The notes: generated from the letters alone by a model not told the origin. Positions 1 through 11,880 are shown, counted from the first letter of the stretch. The stretch is 63,867 nucleotides of DNA from Octopus bimaculoides (GCF_001194135.2 NC_068985.1:113063443-113127309), one strand, 5' to 3'. Numbers and translations are program-made.

Positions 1-70
1 ATACCGATCTCATCAGTTGGCCAGCATGGGAATAAAAACCTGAAAAGTAATAATTATTATTAAAATCATA

Positions 71-220
71 ATTAAGGGTATCTAAGAGATATTATCATGC
101 TAGAAATAGCAGCCAAAACTTGACTCTAAAACCACATTAAATGTGAACATTTAATGTGGTTTTAGAGTCAAGTTTTGGCTGCTATTTCTAGCATGGTGGT
201 ATCTCTTAGATACCCTTAAT
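71..220. repeat. Long inverted repeat / hairpin with 74-bp arms and a 2-nt loop
   Basis: 71-144 is the reverse complement of 147-220 except for 3 positions, all T-G oppositions on the + strand. Confidence 0.95.
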
Positions 221-465
221 CATAATTATATATATATAGTTGAAAGTTTATGAGGATTACTCAGTACAGTTATTGAAGTGTAAAAGTGATTTTTAAAAAT
301 CTTATAAAATCTGTTATGAGGATGTTAACTTTTTTGAGGAAGAAGACTTTTTCGTTAAACCTTTTCAAGCACATGTGCTCTTAAAGAGGAAGTTGTTATT
401 TTTGTGGTAGTGATAGTATTATTTCCGGTTTATTTTCGGACTTATGGTTTTAGCCATAAATATTT

Positions 466-1110
466 TTACCATTGTTTATCATATGGAGTGTTGGCTATTT
501 GGGGTTTAATTTTGGATTTCGTATTCTTATAAAGTATTCTTATACTTTTCATTTTCGTCGTTTAGTTTGTAAAATGGAAATATTTTAAATTTTCCATCTG
601 CACAGATGTCTAGATGTTCACTGCATGGGATATTCCTAAGAAACGAATCCCTAATTTGCTGTTTATGCACATTTACACGACTGGTCAGTTTCCTTCCTGT
701 CTTTCCAATGTAGTTTTCTTGTTTCTTGTTTTGCAATTCCTGTTTGCATTCACTTTTAAGTCCTTCCCATTCTCGAATCTTTTGGTTGTCTCTCGCTCAT
801 ATAATTCGCATGTCTGACAACGGAGTCTCCGCATTCTGTTACTTGTATTGTTTCTTTTTCAAATGTGAATCTCGCCTTTGTTGGGAGTCTCCTGAGTTTA
901 GGTGGCTGTCTTTGAATCTTGATAATTTGTGACGTTTTAAATATTCGTTGGAGATTTGGTGATTGATTTTTATTTCCACATTTAGCTTGAGTGTTTCTTC
1001 GTAAGGTAGAGATCGGAATTTTCCTTTGCTTTTGTTATGGCATGTTGAATTAACTTGGGATATCTTTGTTTCCGAAGGAATGGAATATATTAAGTTCTGC
1101 CTGGGTTCAT
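466..1110 (-). mobile_element. Penelope-like element (PLE) relic: RT thumb/linker, Cys-rich finger and GIY-YIG endonuclease C-terminus, frameshifted
   Basis: Minus-strand translation across frameshifts gives LRKQRYPKLIQHAITKAKE, then VTECGDS-RCQTC, then FENGKDLKVNANRNCKTRN, then ENYIGKTGRKLTSRVNVHKQQIRD..CSEHLDICADGKFKIFPFYK, then KEYFIRIRNPKLN. This is the canonical order of PLE C-terminal motifs. Confidence 0.85.
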
Positions 1111-1428
1111 ACCTAAAAAAAAAAAAAAGTTCTGTTGGGTTCATACATCAAAAATAGATTTAATGCTGTCTGATTATTATATATTTTAATTTGACTTTGG
1201 TTTGGTTTTCAGTTATTGCAATTTTACATATTTAGGTTTTTTGGTATATATTATGTTGTAAGTTTTTTTTAAAATTTTTATACATTTATAATAATTTAAT
1301 ATTTATTATAAAGAATATAAAGGTTATATTACTAAATTATGTTTAATGTGGTAAGTTTAAAGATGTTCAGTATATTTATTTATACAATAGAAGAAAGTTT
1401 TACATAGAGGGAGATAAAGAGTGAAAAA

Positions 1429-1466
1429 GAGAGAGAGAGAGAGTGAGAAAAAGAGAGAGTGAGAAA

Positions 1467-1526
<60 letters not shown>
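1429..1526 (+). repeat. (GA)n microsatellite
   Basis: Direct reading. Confidence 0.95.
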
Positions 1527-1527
<1 letters not shown>

Positions 1528-1679
1528 GTAGGGACAGAAAGGAGGAAATATTTTAATAAAGAGAAAGATATACGAAATTATTTCACTACGAGGGTTTTTT
1601 TTCAGTCGTAGCTCGTTAATTGAGTAGTAGAAAACGAGGGACTTAAAATTGTTGGGAAAGAATCTGTTGATCCGGTAAG

Positions 1680-1965
1680 CTTTGTGAATGAATTTGGTGG
1701 ACGGAAACTGAAAGAAGCCCGTCGTGTATGTATTTATCTATGTATATATAAATACATGTGTGTGTGTCTTAGTGTTTGTCTCCCACCATCACTTACAACC
1801 GATGTTGATTTGTAACATCCCTTTAACCTAGCGGTTCGAGATACAAGATTGATACAGTAAAAAAAAGGTTTCAAAAATTATCACTAGAGTCGATTAGTTC
1901 GACTGAACTCTTCTAGGCGATACCCTAGCGTGGCCGCAGTTCAATGATGAAACAAGTAAAAGATA
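1680..1965 (+). mobile_element. SINE family B (tRNA/CORE-type with internal microsatellite), 5'-truncated
   Basis: Contains gacggaaactgaaagaagcccgtcg, a TG/TA tract, ctagcggttc and the tail tggccgcagttcaatgatgaaacaagtaaaaga, all shared with the full copy at 46245-46680. Confidence 0.8.
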
Positions 1966-2409
1966 GATTTTTTCAGTCATAGACTTGTACCAAGAAAGCA
2001 AGAGAGTTAGAAAAATGAAGCGAGCAAGGGAGACAACGCCAATCAGTATTAATATGCTTGCCTTCATCAATGATTGTACAGCTTCCGCTTGTTCTTGCTG
2101 ACATTGTAGAAGCAAAATTGCTAATTAAATACGTGATCAGTACCTCATTTTAATCCAATTATTCTCACTTCCCGGTGCTACTCAGTGTTCCTGTCATGAA
2201 TATTCTATATAGCAAATTGGTTACTATAGTGACAACAAATGAGGGTAAAGGTTATACTTCAATAATTATCAGCTCGAATGGGAAAAATAATAAATGTTTG
2301 TTAATAAACTCTTAATACACTTAATGAGTATTAATAAAGCATTGTATTACTGACCAATCACGTGGTACTATTGAATTAGTTATGGCCTCAGTGGTTATCA
2401 ACTGAAATC

Positions 2410-2705
2410 TACATACATACACACACGCGTACACGCACATGTATGTATTTTTATGAGTGTGTATTCGTATATGTATTTGCTTGTATGTGTATGTGTTTGT
2501 GTCTGTATGTGCGTGTGTGCGTATTTAACACAAGTACATTCACAGAAACCGTACAAGTACATTCACAGAATACGTACAAATTATGCACTCAATATACCTA
2601 CACGGATATTTTTAGTCTTACGCATGTTCACATCAATAAATACACACACGCACACACGCACATACATGCACACACACACACTCACACAAATATGTATGAT
2701 TTTAT

Positions 2706-2770
<65 letters not shown>
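2410..2770. repeat. Compound (CA)n/(TG)n/(CT)n/(TA)n microsatellites
   Basis: Direct reading. Confidence 0.9.
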
Positions 2771-2773
<3 letters not shown>

Positions 2774-2884
2774 AAATAAATTCAAAAGGGGATAAAACTC
2801 TTTTACAAGAATTTTATCAAGAAGCCAGTGTGTAAAAAAATTTCATAAGGGAAATTTCTATTCTCAAGAATATAATTATTCGTT

Positions 2885-3014
2885 TATATTTATATAAAGG
2901 GCATTATTACAGAAAATAATAACGCCATATTTTGAGGTACTAAATGTGGTTATTTTGAGAAGTCCACTGTGTGGCTTTATTATTTTCTGTAATAATGCCC
3001 TTTATATAAATATA
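2885..3014. repeat. Inverted repeat with 38-bp perfect arms
   Basis: 2885-2922 tatatttatataaagggcattattacagaaaataataa is the exact reverse complement of 2977-3014. It extends about 5 bp further with one mismatch. Confidence 0.9.
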
Positions 3015-5871
3015 TATATATATATATATATAAACTCTGGGACCAATANNNNNNNNNNNNNNNNNNNNNNNNNNNNNNNNNNNNNNNNNNNNNNNNNNNN
3101 NNNNNNNNNNNNNNNNNNNNNNNNNNNNNNNNNNNNNNNNNNNNNNNNNNNNNNNNNNNNNNNNNNNNNNNNNNNNNNNNNNNNNNNNNNNNNNNNNNNN
3201 NNNNNNNNNNNNNNNNNNNNNNNNNNNNNNNNNNNNNNNNNNNNNNNNNNNNNNNNNNNNNNNNNNNNNNNNNNNNNNNNNNNNNNNNNNNNNNNNNNNN
3301 NNNNNNNNNNNNNNNNNNNNNNNNNNNNNNNNNNNNNNNNNNNNNNNNNNNNNNNNNNNNNNNNNNNNNNNNNNNNNNNNNNNNNNNNNNNNNNNNNNNN
3401 NNNNNNNNNNNNNNNNNNNNNNNNNNNNNNNNNNNNNNNNNNNNNNNNNNNNNNNNNNNNNNNNNNNNNNNNNNNNNNNNNNNNNNNNNNNNNNNNNNNN
3501 NNNNNNNNNNNNNNNNNNNNNNNNNNNNNNNNNNNNNNNNNNNNNNNNNNNNNNNNNNNNNNNNNNNNNNNNNNNNNNNNNNNNNNNNNNNNNNNNNNNN
3601 NNNNNNNNNNNNNNNNNNNNNNNNNNNNNNNNNNNNNNNNNNNNNNNNNNNNNNNNNNNNNNNNNNNNNNNNNNNNNNNNNNNNNNNNNNNNNNNNNNNN
3701 NNNNNNNNNNNNNNNNNNNNNNNNNNNNNNNNNNNNNNNNNNNNNNNNNNNNNNNNNNNNNNNNNNNNNNNNNNNNNNNNNNNNNNNNNNNNNNNNNNNN
3801 NNNNNNNNNNNNNNNNNNNNNNNNNNNNNNNNNNNNNNNNNNNNNNNNNNNNNNNNNNNNNNNNNNNNNNNNNNNNNNNNNNNNNNNNNNNNNNNNNNNN
3901 NNNNNNNNNNNNNNNNNNNNNNNNNNNNNNNNNNNNNNNNNNNNNNNNNNNNNNNNNNNNNNNNNNNNNNNNNNNNNNNNNNNNNNNATATATATAGGTT
4001 CTTGTGTGTAATTTATTTCAGCTGTACCTGTTTTCTATTATTGTGGAGATTCTTCACTGTGCAACAGACTCATCGAACAAAATAAACGAGTTAAGAAGAG
4101 CGTGAGCATACGATTGGTCGATCGACTAGACAACATGTAAGCGAGTGAAGATTATATGCAAGTCGGCTTCAACCGCAACACATACAAGAGTTTAGCAATA
4201 AGCCTACAGAAAAATCATGGCAGTAATTAAAGATAGATGTTAGTTGGATAGTGGTTACTTTGAATGTGTCATTTCTATTATCAGAAATTGGAAATAATTA
4301 TTAAATGACACCACATAAGTCAAAGTGGAGAATATATGAAATAGATGAGAGATAAAGCAGTGAAGATTCACATCTTAGGTAACGAGATAGTCAAATTAAC
4401 TGGTATGGAAGGCGGTGTACTAAGATATCTAGGTTTAATCGATTCGTGAGTTGTGTGTATCGTTTTTCGATCGTCTAAACCGATTCAGATTGTTGATCCG
4501 ATAATTAACTGCTGGAGTTTTTCGGGATCTTTGGAGTCGGTCGTGAAATTTCAAGTGTCGGATGCATTTAACTGAGGACCGCCTAAATGAATCCGGTACT
4601 AAACTGGGAAATGGGTAAGAGATCTGGAGCTTACTTTCTGGAGTACATAAACACTGGTAGTGAGAGATGTTAAAATCGTGAAGAAAAGAAAATGACGATA
4701 CTTGTTAAAAATCCTAGTCGTTACATATATCTTGCTTGAAGGAAGAAATACACTCGAGATAGGGATGAGGTGAAACAACTTCAGTATGAATTTCTTTATG
4801 TGTGGAAAAGCAGAGAAGGTCTTTTTCTTCACATTTAAAATGTTATCGGGCAACGTATTCCGGAATTCTGAAATAAAACTTGGTGATCTTTTGAATTCCG
4901 ATCTTAACACTTCATAATTCAGCATTTGATAATCGCAAGAGGTATCTGAATTTATGCACTACGAACTTCATATCTACCGTCTAGTATTGTATTGTGTTGT
5001 GGATTTTGTTCAGATCTACAAACCTCGATCTCTTAATTCTGCATCTTGCGGTAGTAGCTTATATTGTATAACCCAGAGTGCGCTCATCGTCACTGACAAA
5101 CGAATTCTTGATAATAAAATCTCTATACATTACTCTGGAGTAAACAAAGCAAAAAAATGCATTCCGTAATACACCAAAATGAGCAGTGAACCTGTTTATC
5201 AACAAAATCTGCATATCGCGAATTATGTAGCGTGCATCTCACTGCATTTTCGGTTTTGTTCTTCGTTTCGGTACGTGTTTGATGTCTTCTGTTTGAATTC
5301 GATTTTGCTGAATGACTCAGCGCCCCATTCCCCCTCCTTACCATGCTAGCTCATTTTACCATTCCACCATAGCAGTATTAAGCAAGTTAAAGACGTACGA
5401 CAGTACACGTCTTCGTCATCACCATCACCATCATCATCATCATCATCATCATCATCGTCGTCGTCGTCGTCGTCGTCGTCATCACACTACTGACGCTTTC
5501 CTCCGCTAGGGCAAATATAATGCCAGTTAGTAGAAATTTTAAATTTCTTAAGAAGTAGAGATTACGTTAATGCTTTGATCCCTGGGATTTACTGTGATTC
5601 CAATTTCATGAGTCTCGTGATTTTCCTGCTGACTCATATATAAAATCTTGTTTGCACCGTGAGGTCAAGTCTGAGCCACGCATTCATATGGTCCTGTTAA
5701 CTTGCATTTTAGCCGTTCATCCATTTGTTTGGTCTCGTCCAAGAGGAGATCTATCGTTTTTTTTTATCCAGTATTTTCTGTACGATAAACCTGTTATTTG
5801 TCGGGGAAACTCCAAACTAACAAACCAGCGGATTAGAGGAGGGTACTTTCTTCCTTTTCGTTAGCACTAGT

Positions 5872-5983
<112 letters not shown>

Positions 5984-6036
5984 ACCATCCACACACACAC
6001 AGAAACCAAAAGTCACGCACCAAAACTGATATTTTA

Positions 6037-6066
<30 letters not shown>

Positions 6067-6067
<1 letters not shown>

Positions 6068-6300
6068 TATTTCTTTATTACCCACAGGGGGCTAAACATG
6101 GAGGGGGCAAACTAGGTCAGACAAAAGGATTAAATCGATTACATCGACCCCAGTGCGTAACTGGTACTTATTTAATCGACCCCGAAAGGATGAAAGGCAA
6201 GGTCTACCTCGGCGGAATTTGAACACAGAACGTAACGGCAGACAAAATACCACTAAGCATTTCGCCCGGCGTGTTAACGATTCTACCAGCTCCCCGCCCT
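6067..6300 (-). mobile_element. SINE family A, near full length
   Basis: Reverse complement of the copy at 57023-57256, ending in an (ATT)n tract. Confidence 0.9.
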
Positions 6301-6329
6301 GAGTTTTATTATTATCATTATTATTATTG

Positions 6330-6883
6330 AGTGAGAGAGCAGTGCATGCCATCAAAGTGACACTGGGGTAAAATATACAAAGCCCAATATACCCATCATG
6401 ACTACCCGTCTGATAAGGGTACACCAAGCACATGCATCACAACCATATGTGCGCAACATGGTGATCTCATATCAAGATAAACAGCGCATGACCTCGCAGG
6501 TGGGGCCCAGTTAGAATTTTCTTCGGGTCGAGTAGCCCATCCCGCTCAAAAGGTCCCTGAATAAGGTTTGTTTAAGAATGTTGAGCAAAACACCCATGTT
6601 TCCAAAGGTGAATTATTGAAACCCTAAAGAACTCCTCTCAACACATGGCTATGATGCCCCCCACTACTTCTGCTCATGATCAGAGATTCACATATCGTCA
6701 GCCACCAAGGGACATGCTCAACTGGTTAAGGTCAAACAACTGACAAGCAAATCTGTGGTATTAAGCAGAATATTTGCTGTAGCCCATCTTTTTATACCAA
6801 GACAAAACAATGTACATGATAACACTTCCAATCAATTAAGATCAGAAACCATGAGAGCCACTGCCTGGTACTGCATCAGGGCA
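6330..6883 (+). repeat. Dispersed repeat family E (unclassified, bounded by ATT tracts)
   Basis: 6620-6790 matches the reverse complement of 23020-23215 (catggctatgatg, aagggacatgctc, gacaagc, gcagaatatttgct blocks). Confidence 0.7.
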
Positions 6884-8804
6884 TTATTATTATTATTATC
6901 ATTATTATTGTTGTTGTTGTTGTTGTTGTTGTTATTCATTTTGTCCATCCTGTACAAGTCTCTGTGTTTTATCACTATTTTATTCAAGTTATAAAATTTT
7001 AGGAAAAAATTGAAGCATCTCTGAAAATTCCGGAACGTATTGAACTTATTTTGTGCGTGACTTTTGGCCCACCCTGTATATACAAACACTGATACATATA
7101 TACATATACCCGCAAACACATAGACATTTGCACACAAACATACATATATGCAGAAAAAAAAGGCATACACATAGAGACACACATATACGCACATATCGTT
7201 CATCATACTACATCCACACGCAACTTTCTCTTCGTCATTTCAGGTTATGAATTTTGTTCTTTGTTAACGTACGAAATGGTGGTGGGGAGTCGGGAGGGTA
7301 CAGAAACCAGATGGGATCTATGTTAATTTTATTGTTCTATCAATTAGCAGTAAAATATGTCACGAAAATTTAAAATACNNNNNNNNNNNNNNNNNNNNNN
7401 NNNNNNNNNNNNNNNNNNNNNNNNNNNNNNNNNNNNNNNNNNNNNNNNNNNNNNNNNNNNNNNNNNNNNNNNNNNNNNNNNNNNNNNNNNNNNNNNNNNN
7501 NNNNNNNNNNNNNNNNNNNNNNNNNNNNNNNNNNNNNNNNNNNNNNNNNNNNNNNNNNNNNNNNNNNNNNNNNNNNNNNNNNNNNNNNNNNNNNNNNNNN
7601 NNNNNNNNNNNNNNNNNNNNNNNNNNNNNNNNNNNNNNNNNNNNNNNNNNNNNNNNNNNNNNNNNNNNNNNNNNNNNNNNNNNNNNNNNNNNNNNNNNNN
7701 NNNNNNNNNNNNNNNNNNNNNNNNNNNNNNNNNNNNNNNNNNNNNNNNNNNNNNNNNNNNNNNNNNNNNNNNNNNNNNNNNNNNNNNNNNNNNNNNNNNN
7801 NNNNNNNNNNNNNNNNNNNNNNNNNNNNNNNNNNNNNNNNNNNNNNNNNNNNNNNNNNNNNNNNNNNNNNNNNNNNNNNNNNNNNNNNNNNNNNNNNNNN
7901 NNNNNNNNNNNNNNNNNNNNNNNNNNNNNNNNNNNNNNNNNNNNNNNNNNNNNNNNNNNNNNNNNNNNNNNNNTATATATATATATATATGAGTTAATAA
8001 GGTTATAATGAAATATCTCAGAATCCAAAACGTAAACATCAGTTGACAAAGAGATAAAAGACGGTAAAAATGAATTTTTTTGTAAAGAAATGATTAAGAC
8101 CATGGTTGCTAATTAGCTTTGATTGAGAAGCAAAGTTTGTAGACAACAGACGAAACAAACTTTTGTCGTTAGTAAAGCGATTTTGTAAACATTGCCCAAT
8201 TAAATTACATATTTGATATACTTCTTTCTGTTTCTGCCACGTTGTTTATGCATTTTTTTTTGTTTTGTGCAGTTTGTTTTCTTCCTGTTATATTTTTAGC
8301 TTGTTTCGTGAGGTCATGCAAATATGCGATCCAATATGAAGTGCAATTTGTGTGATGTACTAATTTCAATGATATGACGTCACTGAAAGCGTGTTAAATG
8401 GCATCTGCGAAGTTCAGAGCACTCTGAACACCTCTTTCTTTTGGTTTTTCTGTCAGGTGACAAGGCAGAGAGTCCCAGACTAGTGTAAAAGAAGGAGGCA
8501 GATATATCTTCGAACAGGAAACCTGATTAATAATTAATGATAATATATGGCCGACCTCAGGTACTTCTCATGAGGAATTCCGGGAGGAGCTTCGTGAGAC
8601 CACTACAGAGACGCTTCCGAAAAAAGAAAATCCGTTGGAAAACAGATTATAGCAGCGGCTCCATCTAAGAATATCTGAAGAGGGAATTGTATTCCGAAAT
8701 ATCATCGGACTATGGATAACTAAATTACCACAGGTATATAGTCCATTTTTTGTATTATATTGCATTGTTGTAGCATTCAAAACTTTTTATTCTTTATAAT
8801 AATA

Positions 8805-8982
8805 ATGGTTTCAAATTTTGGCACAATTCCAGCAATTTCGGGGAAGGGGTAAGTCCATAGAATCGACCCCAGTCAACTTTGCCTTTCATCCTTTCGGGTT
8901 CGATAAAATAAATAACAATCGAACACTGGTGTCGATGTAATCGACTTACTCCCACCCCCGAAATTGCTGGCCTTGTGGCAAA

Positions 8983-9050
<68 letters not shown>

Positions 9051-9365
9051 TGCTATCATTAAGGTGGAGAGCAGGCAGAATCCTTAGCAGCTGGGCAAAA
9101 TGCTTAGCGGCATTTCATCCATCTTTATGTTCTGAGTTCAAATTCTGCCGAGGTCGACTTTCATTTTTATTCTTTTGGTGCAATATCAATCAAATATTGG
9201 GGTCGATATAATCGACTTACTCCTTCTCTTAAACTTGCTGAGCTAAAATTATATGGAATTATCATTAAGGTGGCGAGCTAGAAGCACCATTAGCGCTGCT
9301 GAACAAAAAGCTCAGCAGAATTTCTTCCAGCTTTTTACGTTCTGATTTCAAATCTCGTTCTGAGT
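8805..9365. mobile_element. Cluster of SINE family A variant fragments (one minus fragment fused to a plus fragment, then two plus copies)
   Basis: Head aaggtggcgagct/ggcagaatc and domain tttgcctttcatcctttcggg..gtcgat..aatcgactta, separated by (ATT)n. Confidence 0.8.
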
Positions 9366-9369
9366 GCAA

Positions 9370-9545
9370 ATGAGGACAAATTCATTAATATCTAGCCAAG
9401 CTCGCGTCAACTAAATCTTCAGATATGTGGATGAGATTGTCAGCTATAACCCGAACGAACGGGAATAATCCTAGCTGTATTCTTTAGGAATCCACTATCG
9501 GTGAATACATTTTTTTGTAGCAAGACTATTTTGGATCTATGAGAT
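9370..9545 (+). pseudogene. Possible PLE reverse transcriptase relic (catalytic motif region)
   Basis: Translates NEDKFINI*..FRYVDEIVSYNP, and tattttggatcta gives YLDL with a 1-nt insertion. This resembles the PLE FRYIDDV..SYLDL motifs. Confidence 0.4.
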
Positions 9546-9659
9546 TCCTTGCTTGTTTCTAGTTTGTTCTTCGTCTACCAGGATGTTTTATTTCGTTTTA
9601 TTTTATAGTTTTGTTCTTCTGTCCAGTTTCTTCAATCTGATCCAATGTTTTAGGGTAAA

Positions 9660-10125
9660 CACTTGTGTGCTGACAGTACTGCCGAGCTCCGTCATCGAAT
9701 GAAGGAGTCAGTGTTTTATCAGGTGATAATTCTGTTCTGTACGTGTTCAGGCCTTATCGCCATGACACTAGAGCTGCCCGGGGCCACCCAAACAATATAC
9801 GCGGCAAAACTCTCACAAACAGCACTAGCTTTGTTGAGCTAATTTTTGCGTCTCTGGTCCAGATATTTCTACCCTCCTCAATGCTCGTCGATGCTCGTTC
9901 TTGCTGCATCTCTCATCCCCACTTGAGCCTGATACATTGGTTAGCTTTTTCGGCAGCTTCCGATGATTTTCTGGTCTTATCTCTTGTCTCTTTCACAACT
10001 GGTCCAAGATTTCTGAGCATTGAGTGAACCTTTGTTCCAAACAATTCCCAAACACTGATTTCTACAAGAAGGCCAGTCATTGTTTTTACAGAGTTCAACT
10101 AAGTGTATTTTCCACCAATTTTTAA
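9660..10125 (-). mobile_element. R2-group (HERO/NeSL-like) non-LTR retrotransposon 3' end: REL endonuclease C-terminus plus 3' UTR
   Basis: Minus strand reads KY..LVELCKNNDW, then VEISVWELFGTKVHSMLRNLG..ETRDKTRKSSEAAEKANQCIRLKWG*. This matches the recalled HERO tail VEVGCRGF..SEAAEKASRWLWLKR. Confidence 0.55.
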
Positions 10126-11232
10126 AAGTCGTGCTTGTCATGTCCATTCATTTGTTACCTTTGTATCAAATAAGGAAACCATTTGTCTTCCTGGTTTTAT
10201 TATTAAAATAAAACGAAGGGTAAATAATGTCGTTCGCTGCTCAACAGTTCCCGTCTCTTCTCTAAGTCACATATGCAATACTCTATCCGCAGTTCAGTGT
10301 ACATTGTACTGCGGTGTAATACAAATATCAGGTAGTATGGTTGGGCTATGGGCTGAAAATTTAGGATTTAGTAAAGTATGGCATTGTGAAGAATAGGTTA
10401 ACACAGTTGTTACAAACAAGACAAAGGATTAGTAAGCCAGATTGAGCAAATGCAATTAATAAGATCATTACGTCACAGATATGACATAACAACGAATCAA
10501 GTTATGTTGAGTGTTCTTAGTTCTTAGACTTCCTGCTACTTTTGTCTTCGCATTGCAAAGCTGAACTGATAAAGCTCCTAATCTTTAAGTTTTTTCTAAG
10601 AATTGTCAAAATATTCCACAAGCCTAATGTAATTTAATTTTATCGGTTGTTTTTATTATTCTTTTCTGGATAATAATATTATGATGTAAGATATTTAATC
10701 CGCTAAGAGGACAATGGGGTGAGTATGAGAGTGGTTGTATCAGAATGCGCATAGTGAAGTATAAATGCATACTCAATTAAAGAATTAAGATGAAATCTTT
10801 GCATATGTCAGAGTTGATAGTAATTATAATGTAGAATGCAGTTAAAATAGACTTTATAAATATGTTCTATTTTCTCCTTTTATTTTAGTAAACTGCTAAA
10901 TGGAGTTAAACCATATAAGACTAAATTCTCTTCCTTTCTCTCTGTCGCCTTCACATGCTCTTCGCATGCGCCATATTTGTTCAAAGTCATGTTGATTGAT
11001 TTAGTAAAAACAAGTAAATGTTTGCGCAGAATGACTGCAGAAGGTTAAGAGAATCTTCGCTGGTAAATAAATAAAGAAAGGATATCAGTAAAGAATTTGA
11101 TATCAGTAATTGAATAAATGTCTGGAATTAATTTTATTATTACATTGACTGAACATTAACTAAATTGTGGCGAAGTAGATTCCAAGCATTTTGATAAGCA
11201 CGAACTGTTTTGTTAAAGTATACATACATACA

Positions 11233-11266
<34 letters not shown>

Positions 11267-11296
11267 CATATATGCTTGCATACGTACATACATACA

Positions 11297-11325
<29 letters not shown>

Positions 11326-11330
<5 letters not shown>

Positions 11331-11617
11331 CGCTGAACCATTGAGAAATCTACAGTTACTCTATCTAGAATACAATCTCAGGTTTATACCTGTAATTACT
11401 GGGGACTGGGATATATAGTACACTGCCTAAATACCAATCTTGAGAAATTAGTTTTCTCAAAACCATTACTGGAACTGTAAAAATTTGTAAAACTTTCCAG
11501 AAGTTTAGCATTTAAGTATATATATATATGAGCATGCCAAGTCACGCAACTATATGCATGAGAATAAAAACATAAAACACATACATACATACATACATAC
11601 ATACATACATACATACA
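11326..11617 (+). mobile_element. R4/Dong-like REL retrotransposon 3' end with (TACA)n tail, embedded in (TACA)n
   Basis: YAEPLRNLQLLYLEYNLRFIPVITG, a frameshift, LGYIVHCLNTNLEKLVFSKP, a deletion, then ITGTVKICKTFQKFSI*. (ATAC)n lies on both sides. Confidence 0.6.
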
Positions 11618-11689
11618 TAGATACTAAAGTGTATGCAACCCATATTAGCTGATGTTTCTACACATGATTCTGTGCTGAATTCTCAAAAG

Positions 11690-11820
11690 TTTCTACCAGC
11701 ATACAAAGTGCAATTTTATATTCTGCGAGAATCCTTAGGAGTTTTGAGTTTTGAGGCAACTTGTCCCCAAATCTCTAGACAATATCCTTATAAACTAATA
11801 TAGCATGTACTCGTTATAGA

Positions 11821-11880
<60 letters not shown>
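11690..11880 (+). mobile_element. R4/Dong-like 3' end with (TAA)n tail
   Basis: 11701-11754 reads IQSAILYSARILRSFEF*, like the QK.AILGTARILRKVL terminus. A short UTR and (TAA)n at 11822-11880 follow. Confidence 0.5.

Larger units (their letters stand above)
6006..7080. mobile_element. Possible Tc1/mariner-type non-autonomous element (TIR pair) carrying nested insertions
   Basis: ccaaaagtcacgcac (6006-6020) is the exact reverse complement of 7053-7067. The right end reads cccaccctgTA, a CAGGGTG-type TIR with a TA target. The extreme left end is lost in (CA)n. Confidence 0.45.

Noticed and set aside
4045-4085. Hammerhead-like tcgatgag-ctgt/acag-tgaag on the minus strand
   Set aside because: Both core halves deviate from CUGAUGA and GAAA.
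4599-4925. 108-aa minus-strand ORF in a complex-looking region
   Set aside because: No RT, transposase or host motif was found in any of the frames read.
8240-8310. Faint TGRK..HKQ similarity to the GIY-YIG segment at 650-715
   Set aside because: Too short and A/T-biased to be distinguished from chance.
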